Assembly: GCF_004010195.1 (NCBI RefSeq)
Contig: NW_025214872.1
Coordinates: 11,671-53,516, forward strand
Direction: 5' to 3'
Origin: Chiloscyllium plagiosum
Lineage: Eukaryota
DNA: 41,846 nucleotides
The notes under the pieces are model-generated. The model had not been told where the DNA came from. It did no database searches and was given only the letters and a program-made list of their open reading frames with translations. Each line of letters begins with the position of its first letter. Position 1 is the stretch's first letter. Shown here piece by piece: positions 11,050 through 21,721 of the stretch. The position numbers were made by a program, and so were the translations under genes.

Positions 11050-11400
11050 TCAAAGCTGCTGCATAGGAGGGTTGGTTACAGAATCACAAGACACGATTAA
11101 ATGGACAAATTAATCTCTATGAGTTTAACGCACATCAACAACTACAGTGACGCAGTGATCAGTGCTGGGTCCACATCCAAACTTTCCCAATGATTTTGAT
11201 AAATGGAAGAAATGTGTTCTAATTAAATACATCAGAGACGCTACGATAACCAGGAAACGGAGTTGTCAACAGGACATGGAGAGTCAGTAATTCGATAAGG
11301 AATAGCAATTTTGCAGATGGAAAATAACGTAGTTCATTGTGAACCTGTGATTTTTTTAGGAAAAATAAAAGGGTGAATATTTTCTAACGAAAATATCTAC
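11050..11400 (+). mobile_element. Highly decayed CR1-like RT fragment
   Basis: gatcagtgctgggtcc (GSVLGP-like), gcagatggaa (WQM-like) in the expected order. Confidence 0.5.
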
Positions 11401-12129
11401 GGGACTTTAGAACAGAGTGTTTACTGGAAGGTTAACTCTGACGCGTTCAGACACTAGATGTGTTGTTCCATCTGCCTGATGATCACTTTCCTTAATGTTC
11501 CCACTGGCATAACTGCTGTCAATGCACACAGGATATTTCATGTTGTTGGTTGGTGGTGGGGAAATGTGAGGGGCAGTGTGTATTGGACCGTTTATCAAGG
11601 CCGTTATCCGAGATGCCATTCTTCCTTTTGTCGTGGAGACCCGAAGACGATGGCACAGTAGGTAATCACCAACGTGATATACTGTGCATGGTCACACTGA
11701 AACGTCAATGGAGGGAGACAAGTGGTCCAATCACAAGAATAAAATAAAGACTTTTCCGTATTCACAGAAGTGTTTTGCCTCATCACATTCTCAATTCGCC
11801 GCACAGGGCCAACCCAAACACCATAAACCCAAAGAAAATAACTATTCAGTCAGAAGCACTGCGTCAGAAGCGCTATTCTGTACAATTATGCAAACTGCTC
11901 AGAGGCAAACACTGTGTTGACCAGACCATTTGCAATGATCTATAAACCCGGCCGAGATATCTGTCCAGAATGCGAGCTGTGCAGACCGCAGCACTAGAGC
12001 CTTTTTCCATACCTTTCTGAGTGGAGCACTATACAAAGGATTGAGATGGATTTTGTTACACCTTTTCTTACTTTTAATGGATTTTGATGTGCTCTGCAAA
12101 ATTATAATGAGAATGAGTTAAAACATTTA

Positions 12130-12345
12130 CCCGGATTGATGCACATCCCCTGCACATTCCTGAAGAGTATGAGCAACTGAGCATGACGAATTGCGCTGCA
12201 CTGCACATCTTGCATTGCGGGAGAAACTGGAGCACCTAGACAACACCCACACAGACATGGGGAGGATGCGCAAACACCACACGTACAATCGCCCGAGGGT
12301 GGAATCAAAACAGGTTCCTCAGCGCTATGAGACAGCAGTGCCAAG
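12130..12345 (-). mobile_element. Decayed HE1-type SINE
   Basis: gcacatct..gggagaaactggagcacc..acccacacagacatggggaggatgcgcaaacaccacac..ggaatcaaaac..tgagacagcagtgc, the reverse complement of the V-domain and head. Confidence 0.8.
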
Positions 12346-12939
12346 AAGTGAGGTTCAGCGCTGCCTGAACATGGACCTAACATGGTGCAATAACTGACAT
12401 TAGAAACGTTTCACTACACTCATCAGATTGCACAGGCAATCAAACTAATTTAATTCAAATGTGAGACAGTCACTGTGTTTGATGCCTTTTCCAAACAAAG
12501 CTGCTGCTTGGAATGGAGAGGCCATCAGAGCCTGGTATAAACAGGAGTGCGTGAGACAGACCGAGAAGGGAAAAGAGTGAAAAGGGACATTTTCATTCCC
12601 GTTTCAATGAATTAATTCCCAAAACGACAGAATTCCGAATGCTCAGTGATACAGATGCAAATTAATACAATACAAATCACACACAAAGACAGAGGAAAAC
12701 ACAGAAACAAATGCATGCTAACACAACAAATATTTAGTCACATGCAAACATTCACACACTCAAGCCAATAATCTAATTAAATATGACCATGGATCATCTG
12801 AAGTAGACCTCTACGTTGTTCCCTCTTGTGAGTACGACAGGGCAGATGGCTGAGCTGTGAGAGTGAGAGAACTATCGTACCAGTGACCGTAATTCTATTA
12901 GTTTGAGAACACTTCTGGAAACGAATACGCCAGGTGGAC

Positions 12940-13284
12940 AACTAAACGTTATACTTTGGGACAAGGATAATTATGACAGTATTAAGCAGGAACTTTCAAA
13001 AGGTGATTGGGGAAAGCTGTTTCCGGGTAAATGAGTGGCTGATAAGCAACATTCTTTCAAAGATGAGACAACGAGCGTTCAGGGACAACTTGTTCCTTTT
13101 AGTGTGAAGGGTAATTCTCGCAGAAGTGGGGTCCAGTACATGACGGGGGATATTGCCGTTCTCGTCAAGAAAACAATGTAGAAATTACATGTTAGGTCTC
13201 GGCAAGTGGGATCAAGTGAATCACTTGAAGAGCAGACGGAATGTAGGAGTACACTCAAGAGGAAAATCAGGAGAGCAAAAAGGG
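12940..13284 (+). mobile_element. Old CR1 ORF2 fragment (APE-RT linker)
   Basis: ttatgacagtattaagcaggaact..gattgggga; ends ctcaagaggaaaatcaggagagcaaaaaggg (LKRKIRRAKR), matching 7045-7080. Confidence 0.75.
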
Positions 13285-13527
13285 TGTGACGATGCTGCTC
13301 TTTTAACAAGGTAAAAGAGTTCTTGGTTTTTTTTCAGTGTCGGAAATGACACACACTCCGAAAAATCTGGGTGTGCAAGTTTTTTTAGTGCAAGTTTGAT
13401 TGTAGGTCATTGATACCCTTTCAGGTTCAAGTCATTCGTGCTTTTTCAAAAAGAAACTTGCAATTTGAAAGGGGCGTGGTCACGTCTCCCAGCTCAGCTT
13501 ATTCTGGTTTGATTTATTGTGATTGGG

Positions 13528-14085
13528 AACATCAGAACATAACAGAACATGAGAACTCGGTGCAGGAGTATGCTGCCCAGGCCTTCGTGCCTACTCTTTC
13601 ATTCAACAATATAATGGCTGTCATTTTCTTGGACCCAGGTCCACGTAGTCGCACTCTCGGCGTACCCCTTAATTATTTTATTTTTCATAAAAACGTTTAC
13701 CTTAGCTTTAAAAACGTTGACTGAAGTAGCGTCAACTCGGTGTCAAGGGCACCCAGGTAGCTGCATGATAGCATGCTACACCTTCATTTCCCATTCAAGT
13801 AACATTCTGTTTTTACTGATTCTCCGACCTAAATGTATGACCACTGGATTATTAACGTTGTATTCCATCTGTCAGACCTCTACCCACTCACTCAATGTAT
13901 CTATGTTCCTCTGCAAATTCTCACAGTCCTCTGCATAGTTGGCTATGCCGTCCATCATAGTGCCATCTGCAAACATTGACACTGTGCACACGGTACCTAT
14001 TTCGAAATCATTTATTTAAATTCTGAATAATTTCGGTCCCAACACTCATCATTAAGCCACACCATTCGTCATGGATTGCATCATT
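13528..14085 (-). mobile_element. CR1 3' fragment nested in the LTR
   Basis: Starts with reverse-complement tail aacatcagaacataacagaacat; ccatctgcaaac is the reverse complement of FAD; gtattccatctg resembles reversed WQME. Confidence 0.7.
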
Positions 14086-14461
14086 AAGTTGGTATAATTT
14101 ATTGTGTATTTGAACAGTTAAGTTATTTTGTATTCTGCTCCATTTTGTTTGTATTTCATTTGTTAATGTGGTATACAGGTTCCGTATTATTTTAACTAAG
14201 TGGTTTGTCCAGTTGAATCACCCCTGGAATATGCACGTTAAACCTGGTTAAAACAACTGACAATTTATTGTTTTGGCTACCTTTTTGAAATGTTTTGAGA
14301 AGGTCTTGCCTTGTTCCTGAAAGATAGAGGTTCTTTGCAGGTTTTGTTTTGTTTGATACTTGCGAATTGGGATTGCATTCTTAGACTAGAAGGAATTGCG
14401 TCGCAGCTCGATAGATCTACAAATAGACGAGCATGAAATAGTGTATATTAGATTGACTTCA

Positions 14462-14530
14462 GATCGATTCCACCTGTGAGCGCAACATCGTGCGCCTGTA
14501 CTGCACTGTGATGTTCTATGATCTATGTTC
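14462..14530 (+). mobile_element. Very short CR1 3' tail
   Basis: gcgcaacatcgtg..gcctgtactgcactgtgatgttctatgatctatgttc resembles 8650-8710. Confidence 0.75.
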
Positions 14531-15114
14531 AATGTTGTTTGTGATGTATTTTGTTCTGGGTGGTGAATAAGGTTCGTTTAAACAGTGCTTCGTATAACAT
14601 TTGCCCTTTCAGTCACCATTAATTTACCGGAGGTGGAAGAAGTTACCTTGGGTTTATGAAAGAAGGTAATTAAGACCAAGCGGCTGGAGTTAGCGGACAA
14701 GTTGGAATTGGAGATGCCTCTCCCCGTGAGGAAAGTGGATATAACTACAAAGATACATCAGCATTTAAATTTGCTGGAACCGCCATCAGACCTTCATAGA
14801 CAGCTAACATTCAGTTGAACATGTCGCACCTTGCGTTTGAGGGAAACGGCATGGAATTATGATAAAAAGCAGAGAGATGAGAAAAATCAATAGAGATAGG
14901 GAATAGAGAGAAAGAGAAGTGAAGGGGACGAGAGAGAGAGAAGAAAGGAAGAAAGAGGGGGTTTGAACTTCACAAAGTGGCACGAAGAAAGGAGATCAAA
15001 ACTTCACTTTCTGAAGCAGTGAGGACTCACGTGGAAGTGCGGAGAGATGAAACGGCAAGATCAGCAGCTGGAATGGCTGACATTTATGAATTGGTTCAAA
15101 AGTCAAAGATCGTC

Positions 15115-15341
15115 AGGACTGAAGTTAGGGGTAGGTTCTTCACTCAGCGAGTCGTAAGTTCATGGAATGCCCTGCCAGCAGCAGTGGTGGACTCTCCCTC
15201 TTTATGGGCATTTAAGCGGGCATTGGAGAGGTATATGGAGGATAGTGGGTTAGTATAGGTTAGGTGGGCTTGGATCGGCGCAACATCGAGGGCCAAAGGG
15301 CCTGTACTGCGCTGTATTCTTCTATGTTCTTCTATGTTCTA
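15115..15341 (+). mobile_element. Young 5'-truncated CR1 3' end, same family as 4926-8711, inserted in gag
   Basis: Close match to 8488-8710 (RGRFFTQRVVSSWNALP..WAFKRAL; gggccaaagggcctgtactgcgctg; ttctatg tail). Confidence 0.93.
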
Positions 15342-16594
15342 CGGTAAAAAGGAAACACTTGAAGTGGAAAGAGAAGTTTAAAAAATCTCACACGTTTTTC
15401 CTCAAAAAGGTAGGCCACGTGAAATCACAGTGTTGGTGGGTTAGGAAAAACATTGGGAATTAAAAGAAAGAACAAGCCAATGAATTTGGTTGGAGCCGCA
15501 TCAAAAAGCGCAGTGAAGGTTAGAAAGCTGCACCAATATGTACAAGCTGGTCAAAAGTTGGTTCAAGAGCAGGTACCACATCTTCTTAAACCATTTACTG
15601 TAAAGGAAAGGTTTATTCGCATTTGCCAGGAGCAGTAGTTTAACAGGTTACAATATTAAGAGTTACAGTTTGCTCTCAATCTGTATGTTGAAAGATGAAG
15701 ACATAAGTACTTCTGACGGCTTACTTCCAAAAAAGTTCTGTGTAACGAGAATTTAAGGTGAGACAATAAAAGCTTAATTATGCAAAGTGAGGTTAAAATG
15801 TCCAGTGAAGAGTGGAAAATTCGCAGAAGAGCAGAGACCACTAGAAATGTGGCATCAGAAAGTAAAGACCATGTTGAAGTCTAATTGTAAAATCTATCCA
15901 GATGATGGGAAAAAGGAATTCAGTTTGTGTGTTTTGTGATCAGCGAAACAACACATGAATCAACGAAATTTCAGTCCATTTTAATTACTTGGGCATGAAG
16001 TGAGAAGAACAGAAAAATTGTTTGAGGATAAATTGTTAAGTCAGCATTCACAGACCACGTATTTGGAGTATGCATAAAATTTTGATCATAACTAAATAGA
16101 GTGGGGAGTTGGCTAGACAGCATTTGAATGTATCACACCATACAATGGAACAGAAAGCATACATGAAATAAAAAGTGCCGTTTTGCTCCCAGGCATAAGG
16201 TGTTCATAGTATTTCCAGTGTTAAGTGAACCTTTACAATTAAGGTTCAGCGGAAATTATCAAGGCAATAGCATAATTCAGTGTGGTGAACTCTACACAGA
16301 AAGGAATCTCACAAAGTGTGTCATGTGAATATGTTCAAAAGGTGTTTGGACAGGGAAGGAAAGCAAAAGAAGACTATGGTAATGAGTACAACACAGAAGG
16401 GAAACCCAAGTTCAGATGATTCTGAATCGAACATACATAAAATTAAATTGGGCAATGACGAAGTTGTCAAAACTGGGATAAATTATTCAGATACCTTCCA
16501 ATGGAAAATCGAAATGACCTGAAAGTGTTATTACGATCATATGGAGGGATACGTGGAAATAACATGGCAAGTACTAGACGAATTATTTTTGATT

Positions 16595-16725
16595 GAAGAC
16601 GTGAGGACTGGAGATGGTGGAGACCAAGTCGAAGGGCATGGTGATGTAAAATCACAAACAATCAGGCAGCATCTGAGGAGCAGGAGAATCGAAGTTTCTC
16701 GAATATAACATCTCCATTAGAATTG
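16595..16725 (-). mobile_element. Decayed Penelope terminal-repeat mini-insertion
   Basis: gtgaggactggagatggtggaga..tcaggcagcatctgaggagcaggagaatcgaagtttc, same family as 17652-17786 and 21722-21815. Confidence 0.75.
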
Positions 16726-16798
16726 GTTAAATGAGTATAGGAAGATAGTCTACCAGTATACTAATGGCAAAAGGAATCTTGTTTTTGTATTCTTCCCC

Positions 16799-17082
16799 GT
16801 GGGTGGCACGGTGGCTCAATGGTTAGCACTGCACCGGGAACCCGGGTTCGATTCAAGCCTCGGGTGACTGTGTAGAGTTTGCACACTCTCTCCGTGTCTG
16901 CGTCGGTATGCTGCAGTTTCCACCCACAGTCCCAAGATGTCCAGGTCAGGTGAATTGGCCATGCTAAATTGTCCCAGACGGTTTGGTGCATGAGTCAGAG
17001 GGAAATGGATCTAGGTGGGCTATTCTTAGGAGGGTGGGTGTGGACTTATTAGGCCGAAAGACCTGTTTCCACACTGTACGGA
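16799..17082 (+). mobile_element. HE1-type SINE
   Basis: gggtggcacggtggctcaatggttagcac (A box), ggttcgattc (B box), V-domain, tail ggccgaaagacctgtttccacactg. Confidence 0.9.
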
Positions 17083-17651
17083 ACCAAGAAAATAAAAATC
17101 AAAGAGTCATCTATGAGCGTAAGCACTGCAGTATAACTTGCTTTTTTTCATATTTATTGTCACATGTCCTCACTCAAAGGTTACAAGTTGCAACACACCA
17201 CACAACCTGAGGTGCGAAGATAAACCACGCTAACCGCGCCGTCCTCATAGAACAGCATCGTTTCACAAAGTAGAAAAGTGGTTAAATGTAAAACACTGTT
17301 GTTATTCCGCTAAAAGTGTAATAATAAAGAAATACGTTTCGACCCCGAGTTCATAAGTGCCTGGTCATGCTGGGTTCACACTGATCACAATGAATCGACG
17401 TCCCTCGATTCTCTGTTGTACAGCCTGTGCCCACTCCATGGTGAAATCCTACATGAGTACATACTGTGAATAAAAACATGGAAGCTCGGGAACTCGGGGA
17501 AATAAATGCAAGTCGTGATGTTTTTAAATTAGGCCACATGATGGAAGAGGAATTCTGGAGGTCTGTAATATGTTAACTGGAGATAAATGTCCGGGGGTTT
17601 ACAGGTTTGCCCCAGGTCATTGTGGGAAGCTAGGGAGACATTTTGGACATT

Positions 17652-17786
17652 TTGATTCCTGAAGAAGGGCTTATGCCCGAAAAGTCGATTCTCCTGTTGC
17701 TTGGATGCTGCTGACCTGCTAAGCTTTTCCAGCAACACATTTCCAGCTCTGATCTCCAGCATCCGCAGATCTCACTTTCTCCTCGA
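17652..17786 (+). mobile_element. Penelope terminal-repeat mini-element with hammerhead motif and 14-bp target duplication
   Basis: ctgaagaagggcttatgcccgaaaagtc..ggatgctgctgacctgct..tccagcatccgcag; agacattttggaca at 17636-17649 and 17787-17800. Confidence 0.85.
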
Positions 17787-17828
17787 AGACATTTTGGACA
17801 CCATAATGAAATATTTCCATCGTTCCTC

Positions 17829-17965
17829 GAAGTTCTGGGGAAGGGTCACTGGATCCAAAACGTTAACTATCATTTCTCTGCACAGATGCTTCCAGACCTG
17901 CTGAAATACATCAACAACCTTTGTTTTTGTTTCTGCTTTACAGTGTCTGCAGTTCTTTCTTTTTG
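17829..17965 (+). mobile_element. Second Penelope terminal-repeat family mini-insertion
   Basis: ttctggggaagggtcactggatccaaaacgttaact..cacagatgcttccagacctgctga; similar to the end of the Penelope at 29535-29620. Confidence 0.7.
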
Positions 17966-19799
17966 TTACTTGTATCATTGACAACCACGGTTGCGGTGCT
18001 GGAAGAATGGAAGACAGCTAACGTTGTGAAAGGGGTGCTGCTGATGTCAGGCGTGGGTAACTGTTGGTAGGAAATTCTTAGAGACAGGACTTACATGCAT
18101 TCGGAAAGGAAAGAACAGAATTGGTATAGTCAGCATAACTTGGTGTGTGAGGGAAAAGTCTCTCATAAACTTGACTTAACTTTTCCAAGTGGTGACAAAG
18201 CAGATAGATGAAGGTAAAGCATCATATGTTGTCGTCGTGGACATCAGTGAGGCCCAACATGGCTCTGCATGGTAGACATTTTAAAGGAAATCAGCGAGAG
18301 TAGCCAATTAGATACACGATTCGCTTGACAGTAGGAGACAGAGGTCGCTGGCATTGGTTCGTTGTTTCAACTAGAGGCCTGTGAGCAGCTGCGTATCACA
18401 AGGATCGGTAATTGGTCCACTGATGTTCGTTATTTTATCAATAATTTGGATGAGAATATAGGAAGCAGACATAATAAGAGTTGAGACGACTCAAAATTGG
18501 CGATATACTGGACAGTAAGGAGTGTTATCTAAGCGGACAATGATATCTTAATCAACTGGGTCAGTAGGCCGAGCAATGGCACATGGTGCATCATACAGTT
18601 AAATGCCATTTGCTGCATTTTAGTTTGAAAAAACAGGGCAGGATTTACACAGTAAACAATCGGGCTTTGGGGAGTGTTGTTAAACGGACAGAACCGAGGT
18701 GCAGTTGCAGGGTTCCTTGAAATGGATTCGCAAATTGACAGGGAAAGTATGAAATTATTAGGCACTTTACAGTCCATCTGTCAAAGCACTGAGAATAGTG
18801 GTCGGAACGTCACGTTATGACTGCACAACGGTAAATACAATTCTTGTCGACCTGTTATATGAAGAATGTCATAAACTGGAAAGGATACAAAACATTTAAA
18901 GTGATGTGACAGAGATTGGAATATTTGAGACACAATGATAGGATGGGCAGCGTCGGACTTCACGTTTGCACTGGAGGATGAGGGGTAACCTTCTGGAGGT
19001 TTATAAAATCATGTCAGACAAAGATAGGAAGAACAGCAAAGGTCTTTACCCCAGGGTAGAGATCTCCAGAAGCGGAAGGCAAAGGATTACGTTGGCAGGG
19101 AAGAGATTTAAACGAGATCTAAGTGGCAGCTGTTTTTCACAGAGGGTGGTGTGTACTTGGAACGAGCTACGAAACAAAGTGGTAGAGGCGAGTACAATTA
19201 CAACATTTTAAAGACAGTTAGACGGGTAAATACATGGGGAAGTGTCAGAGGTTTAAGTGCCAAATGAAGCTAAATCGGACTAGTTACGCTTCGGAAAACT
19301 GATGAGCATGAACGATTTGGGTTAAAGTGTCTGTTTATATATTGCACTACTTCAAGAGTCTATGACTTTGCAACTCATATTTCTTAAAAAAAAACTTTCG
19401 TTACACTCCAGTCATTTCCAAGTCAAATACCCTTTGTAAATGCTTTCAGCGATCTAGTTCTCCCAACTGGCTTTAATAGAGAATTGTTAATGATCACAGT
19501 AGATATAATAAAGGCCCTCCCACCATTCCTGCCAAAGGAATGAAGACTTGTTCTGTATCACAAACAGTGCCGCTGTGGAAGCTGTTTCATTCCAACTCCA
19601 ACTCTGACGTCGACCCACTGCAACTTGGACGATGACTTAACTGTGCCCAGTCCCCAAGAAGAGGTTAATTACATTCTGCACAACTTCCATCCCCATCAGG
19701 ACCACCATGATAATCAAATAGGTGCGATTTTTTTTTTGACAGAACTGTCAGGAAACACAGAAATAACTTCCTCAGTGTGATTTCTTATAGATCCCTACG

Positions 19800-20290
19800 T
19801 GGAGGTGGAGCCGTTGTGGAAATTTCGCTAGATTACTAATCCCAAAAAGGCTAATGCTCTGGCAGTTGGTGGAAGTTAAAAAAACAATTGATAAACTATT
19901 GAAATGTAAAATCTACTGTCCGTAATAGTCACCCTGAAGCGAATGGCTTTTCTCCACCCAGATTTGCTTCACCAATATACGTGCAGGAAGTAAAATTCCC
20001 GTGATTTCCTGGCCTGGCCTAGAAGTGTCGCCAGACACACAGACATGTGATAAACTCTACAATTCTCTCTGAAAAGACCAAGTAAGACAGTCAATTGTGT
20101 CAACTTCTCTGAGTTCTTCAAGTATAATCCCAGAGATAACACCCGACAGCAGCCTTTGTATTAGAAAAGGGAACGGGAAACACAGTCAGTCCTGCAGAAG
20201 GCGCATGGCTAACATCTCAGAGCTTGCGACAACACTTCCAGAGCTTTATCACTGACTGCAAAGAAACATCAAGAAAGAAATAGGCTTTTT
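19800..20290 (+). mobile_element. Decayed interspersed repeat, probably the 5' end of the LINE family at 10120-10920
   Basis: cctggcctggcctagaagtgtcgccagacacacagacatgtg and ctaacatct..gagct resemble a common shark repeat as I recall it; not verified. Confidence 0.4.
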
Positions 20291-21373
20291 CATATCATTG
20301 GGATGTCCTATTCTAGTTATAGGGCGATTATCACTTCAGTGCAATTTTTCCATACAACATGCACACTTCACAATATGATTATAAATATAAAATATGTATT
20401 ATTAACGGCAGTGGTCCCTTCCGTCTATCAGTTTTGCTCCAACTTTCAACATAATGTTGGCCCATTCTGTTTCTCCACACCATTTTCGTGCTCTCCCCCC
20501 ATACCTACAGAATCGAGAAATTCTTATATATATCATGTCTTTTGGCTTCCACATCCTCATGTGTTCGAAAATTAGTCAGGTTCATCTGTCTCTGAGTGTC
20601 AACATTTGTTCTCATCTCAATGCAGTATTGCCAGCCTGCATGTAAGACTGTGACCACTTAGCGTCAATGGTCAACAGACGGCTCTCTCATACAAGTCAGA
20701 TGACCAGGCTTTTTGAACAATGTTCAAGGGGCTGCCCCATGTAATTGAGCGCACGATCAGCTGAGAAGGACAGTCACAGGCATTCAGTGGCCAGGAACAG
20801 GCCAAGTGTCAACGACGTGAGTCAATAATGCTGAAACCTGGCCAACGCGAAGCACCACGTGGGGCACACTGTGAAGTGAACAGGAGCGCGAGGTGAACAT
20901 TTTTTACATTCTTTGTGAGCTTTGTAAAGATGGAAGCTGATCGATCAAGGAGACAAAGACGAAAAGGTAGGTTAAGATAGAGAGGGACATATATTTGCGT
21001 TATAATTGGACTCTTACTTAATCGAAACCAAGCTTCACAATAATAGAGTTTGGCACAAGAAGGGGAATAGCTGGGTTGAGAATTTGCCAGATCCAATCAC
21101 AAGAATGAGAACAGAAATTAAGTGTGCTTCATGATCAGATAAATGGATAATTGTATCACACAGCAATTCACTTTACAAATAGCCTCGATACCAGAAAAAT
21201 GAAAGAATATCTGTTCTGATTTTAGCACTGTGCAGACCAGGGTATGCGACTGCACAATACATCCCGTCAAAATATGCAGAGAGCAAAACTCTGCATGGCA
21301 TAGCAGTGCGTTGATTTTTTAAAAAGTGGAATAGACGGCATGGTGAGCTGTGTTGATGACAACACTGATTTTG

Positions 21374-21720
21374 TAGAATCACAGAGATTACCGCACTTAA
21401 ACAGACCCTTCAGTCCCACTAGTCCATGCCGACCAGATACCCGAACCGAATCTATTCCTATTTACAGCTACACTCTTCCCATTCAGACATCCTTCCAGAT
21501 GCCTTTTAAATGCTGTAATTTGAATTTTTTCCACCACCTCTTTCATTCAATACACTGACCACAATCAGCATGAAAACGTTGCCGCATGGTTTCCTTTTAT
21601 ATATTTATCCTACCAAACTAAACCTGTGTCCTGTAGTTCTGGAATTCCCCAAATATGGAAAAGACCTTTACAATTTATTCTACTCATGCCTCTCATGATT
21701 AAAAAGACTCTGAAAGGTCA
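21374..21720 (-). mobile_element. CR1/HER1 3' end fragment
   Basis: tagaatcacagag..aaacagacccttcagtcc..tccagatgccttttaaatgctgt..ctctcatgatt, the reverse complement of a CR1 C-terminus and tail. Confidence 0.8.
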
Positions 21721-21721
21721 T

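Larger units (their letters stand above)
13285..16570 (+). mobile_element. Decayed Gypsy LTR retrotransposon (Gmr1-like): 5' LTR, gag, integrase, start of RT
   Basis: LTR-like start TGTGA at 13285. Gag remnants KTKRLELADKLEL, SLSEAVRTHVE..TARSAAGMADIYELVQK and half zinc knuckle KVGHVKSQCW. Integrase remnants near 15900-16350 (HESTKF.., GHEVR, EPLQLRFSG.Y, CHVNMFKR). Confidence 0.72.
17470..19370 (+). mobile_element. Old CR1 ORF2 RT through 3' UTR, interrupted by two mini-insertions
   Basis: gataaatgtcc, tgggaagctaggga (WEAR), tggaagacagctaacgt, caaggatcggta..ggtcc, MRGNLLEVYKIM, FSQRVVCTWNEL, tail ctatgact. Confidence 0.85.

Noticed and set aside
11880..12010. Possible Pol III type 3 gene (atgcaaa, tataaa, T-run)
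   Set aside because: Short motifs expected by chance and no recognisable RNA body.
17170..17460. Possible further tRNA relics (agtggttaa, ggttagcg motifs); similar weak hint near 20650-20715
   Set aside because: Only short matches, with no collinear full-length alignment I can defend.
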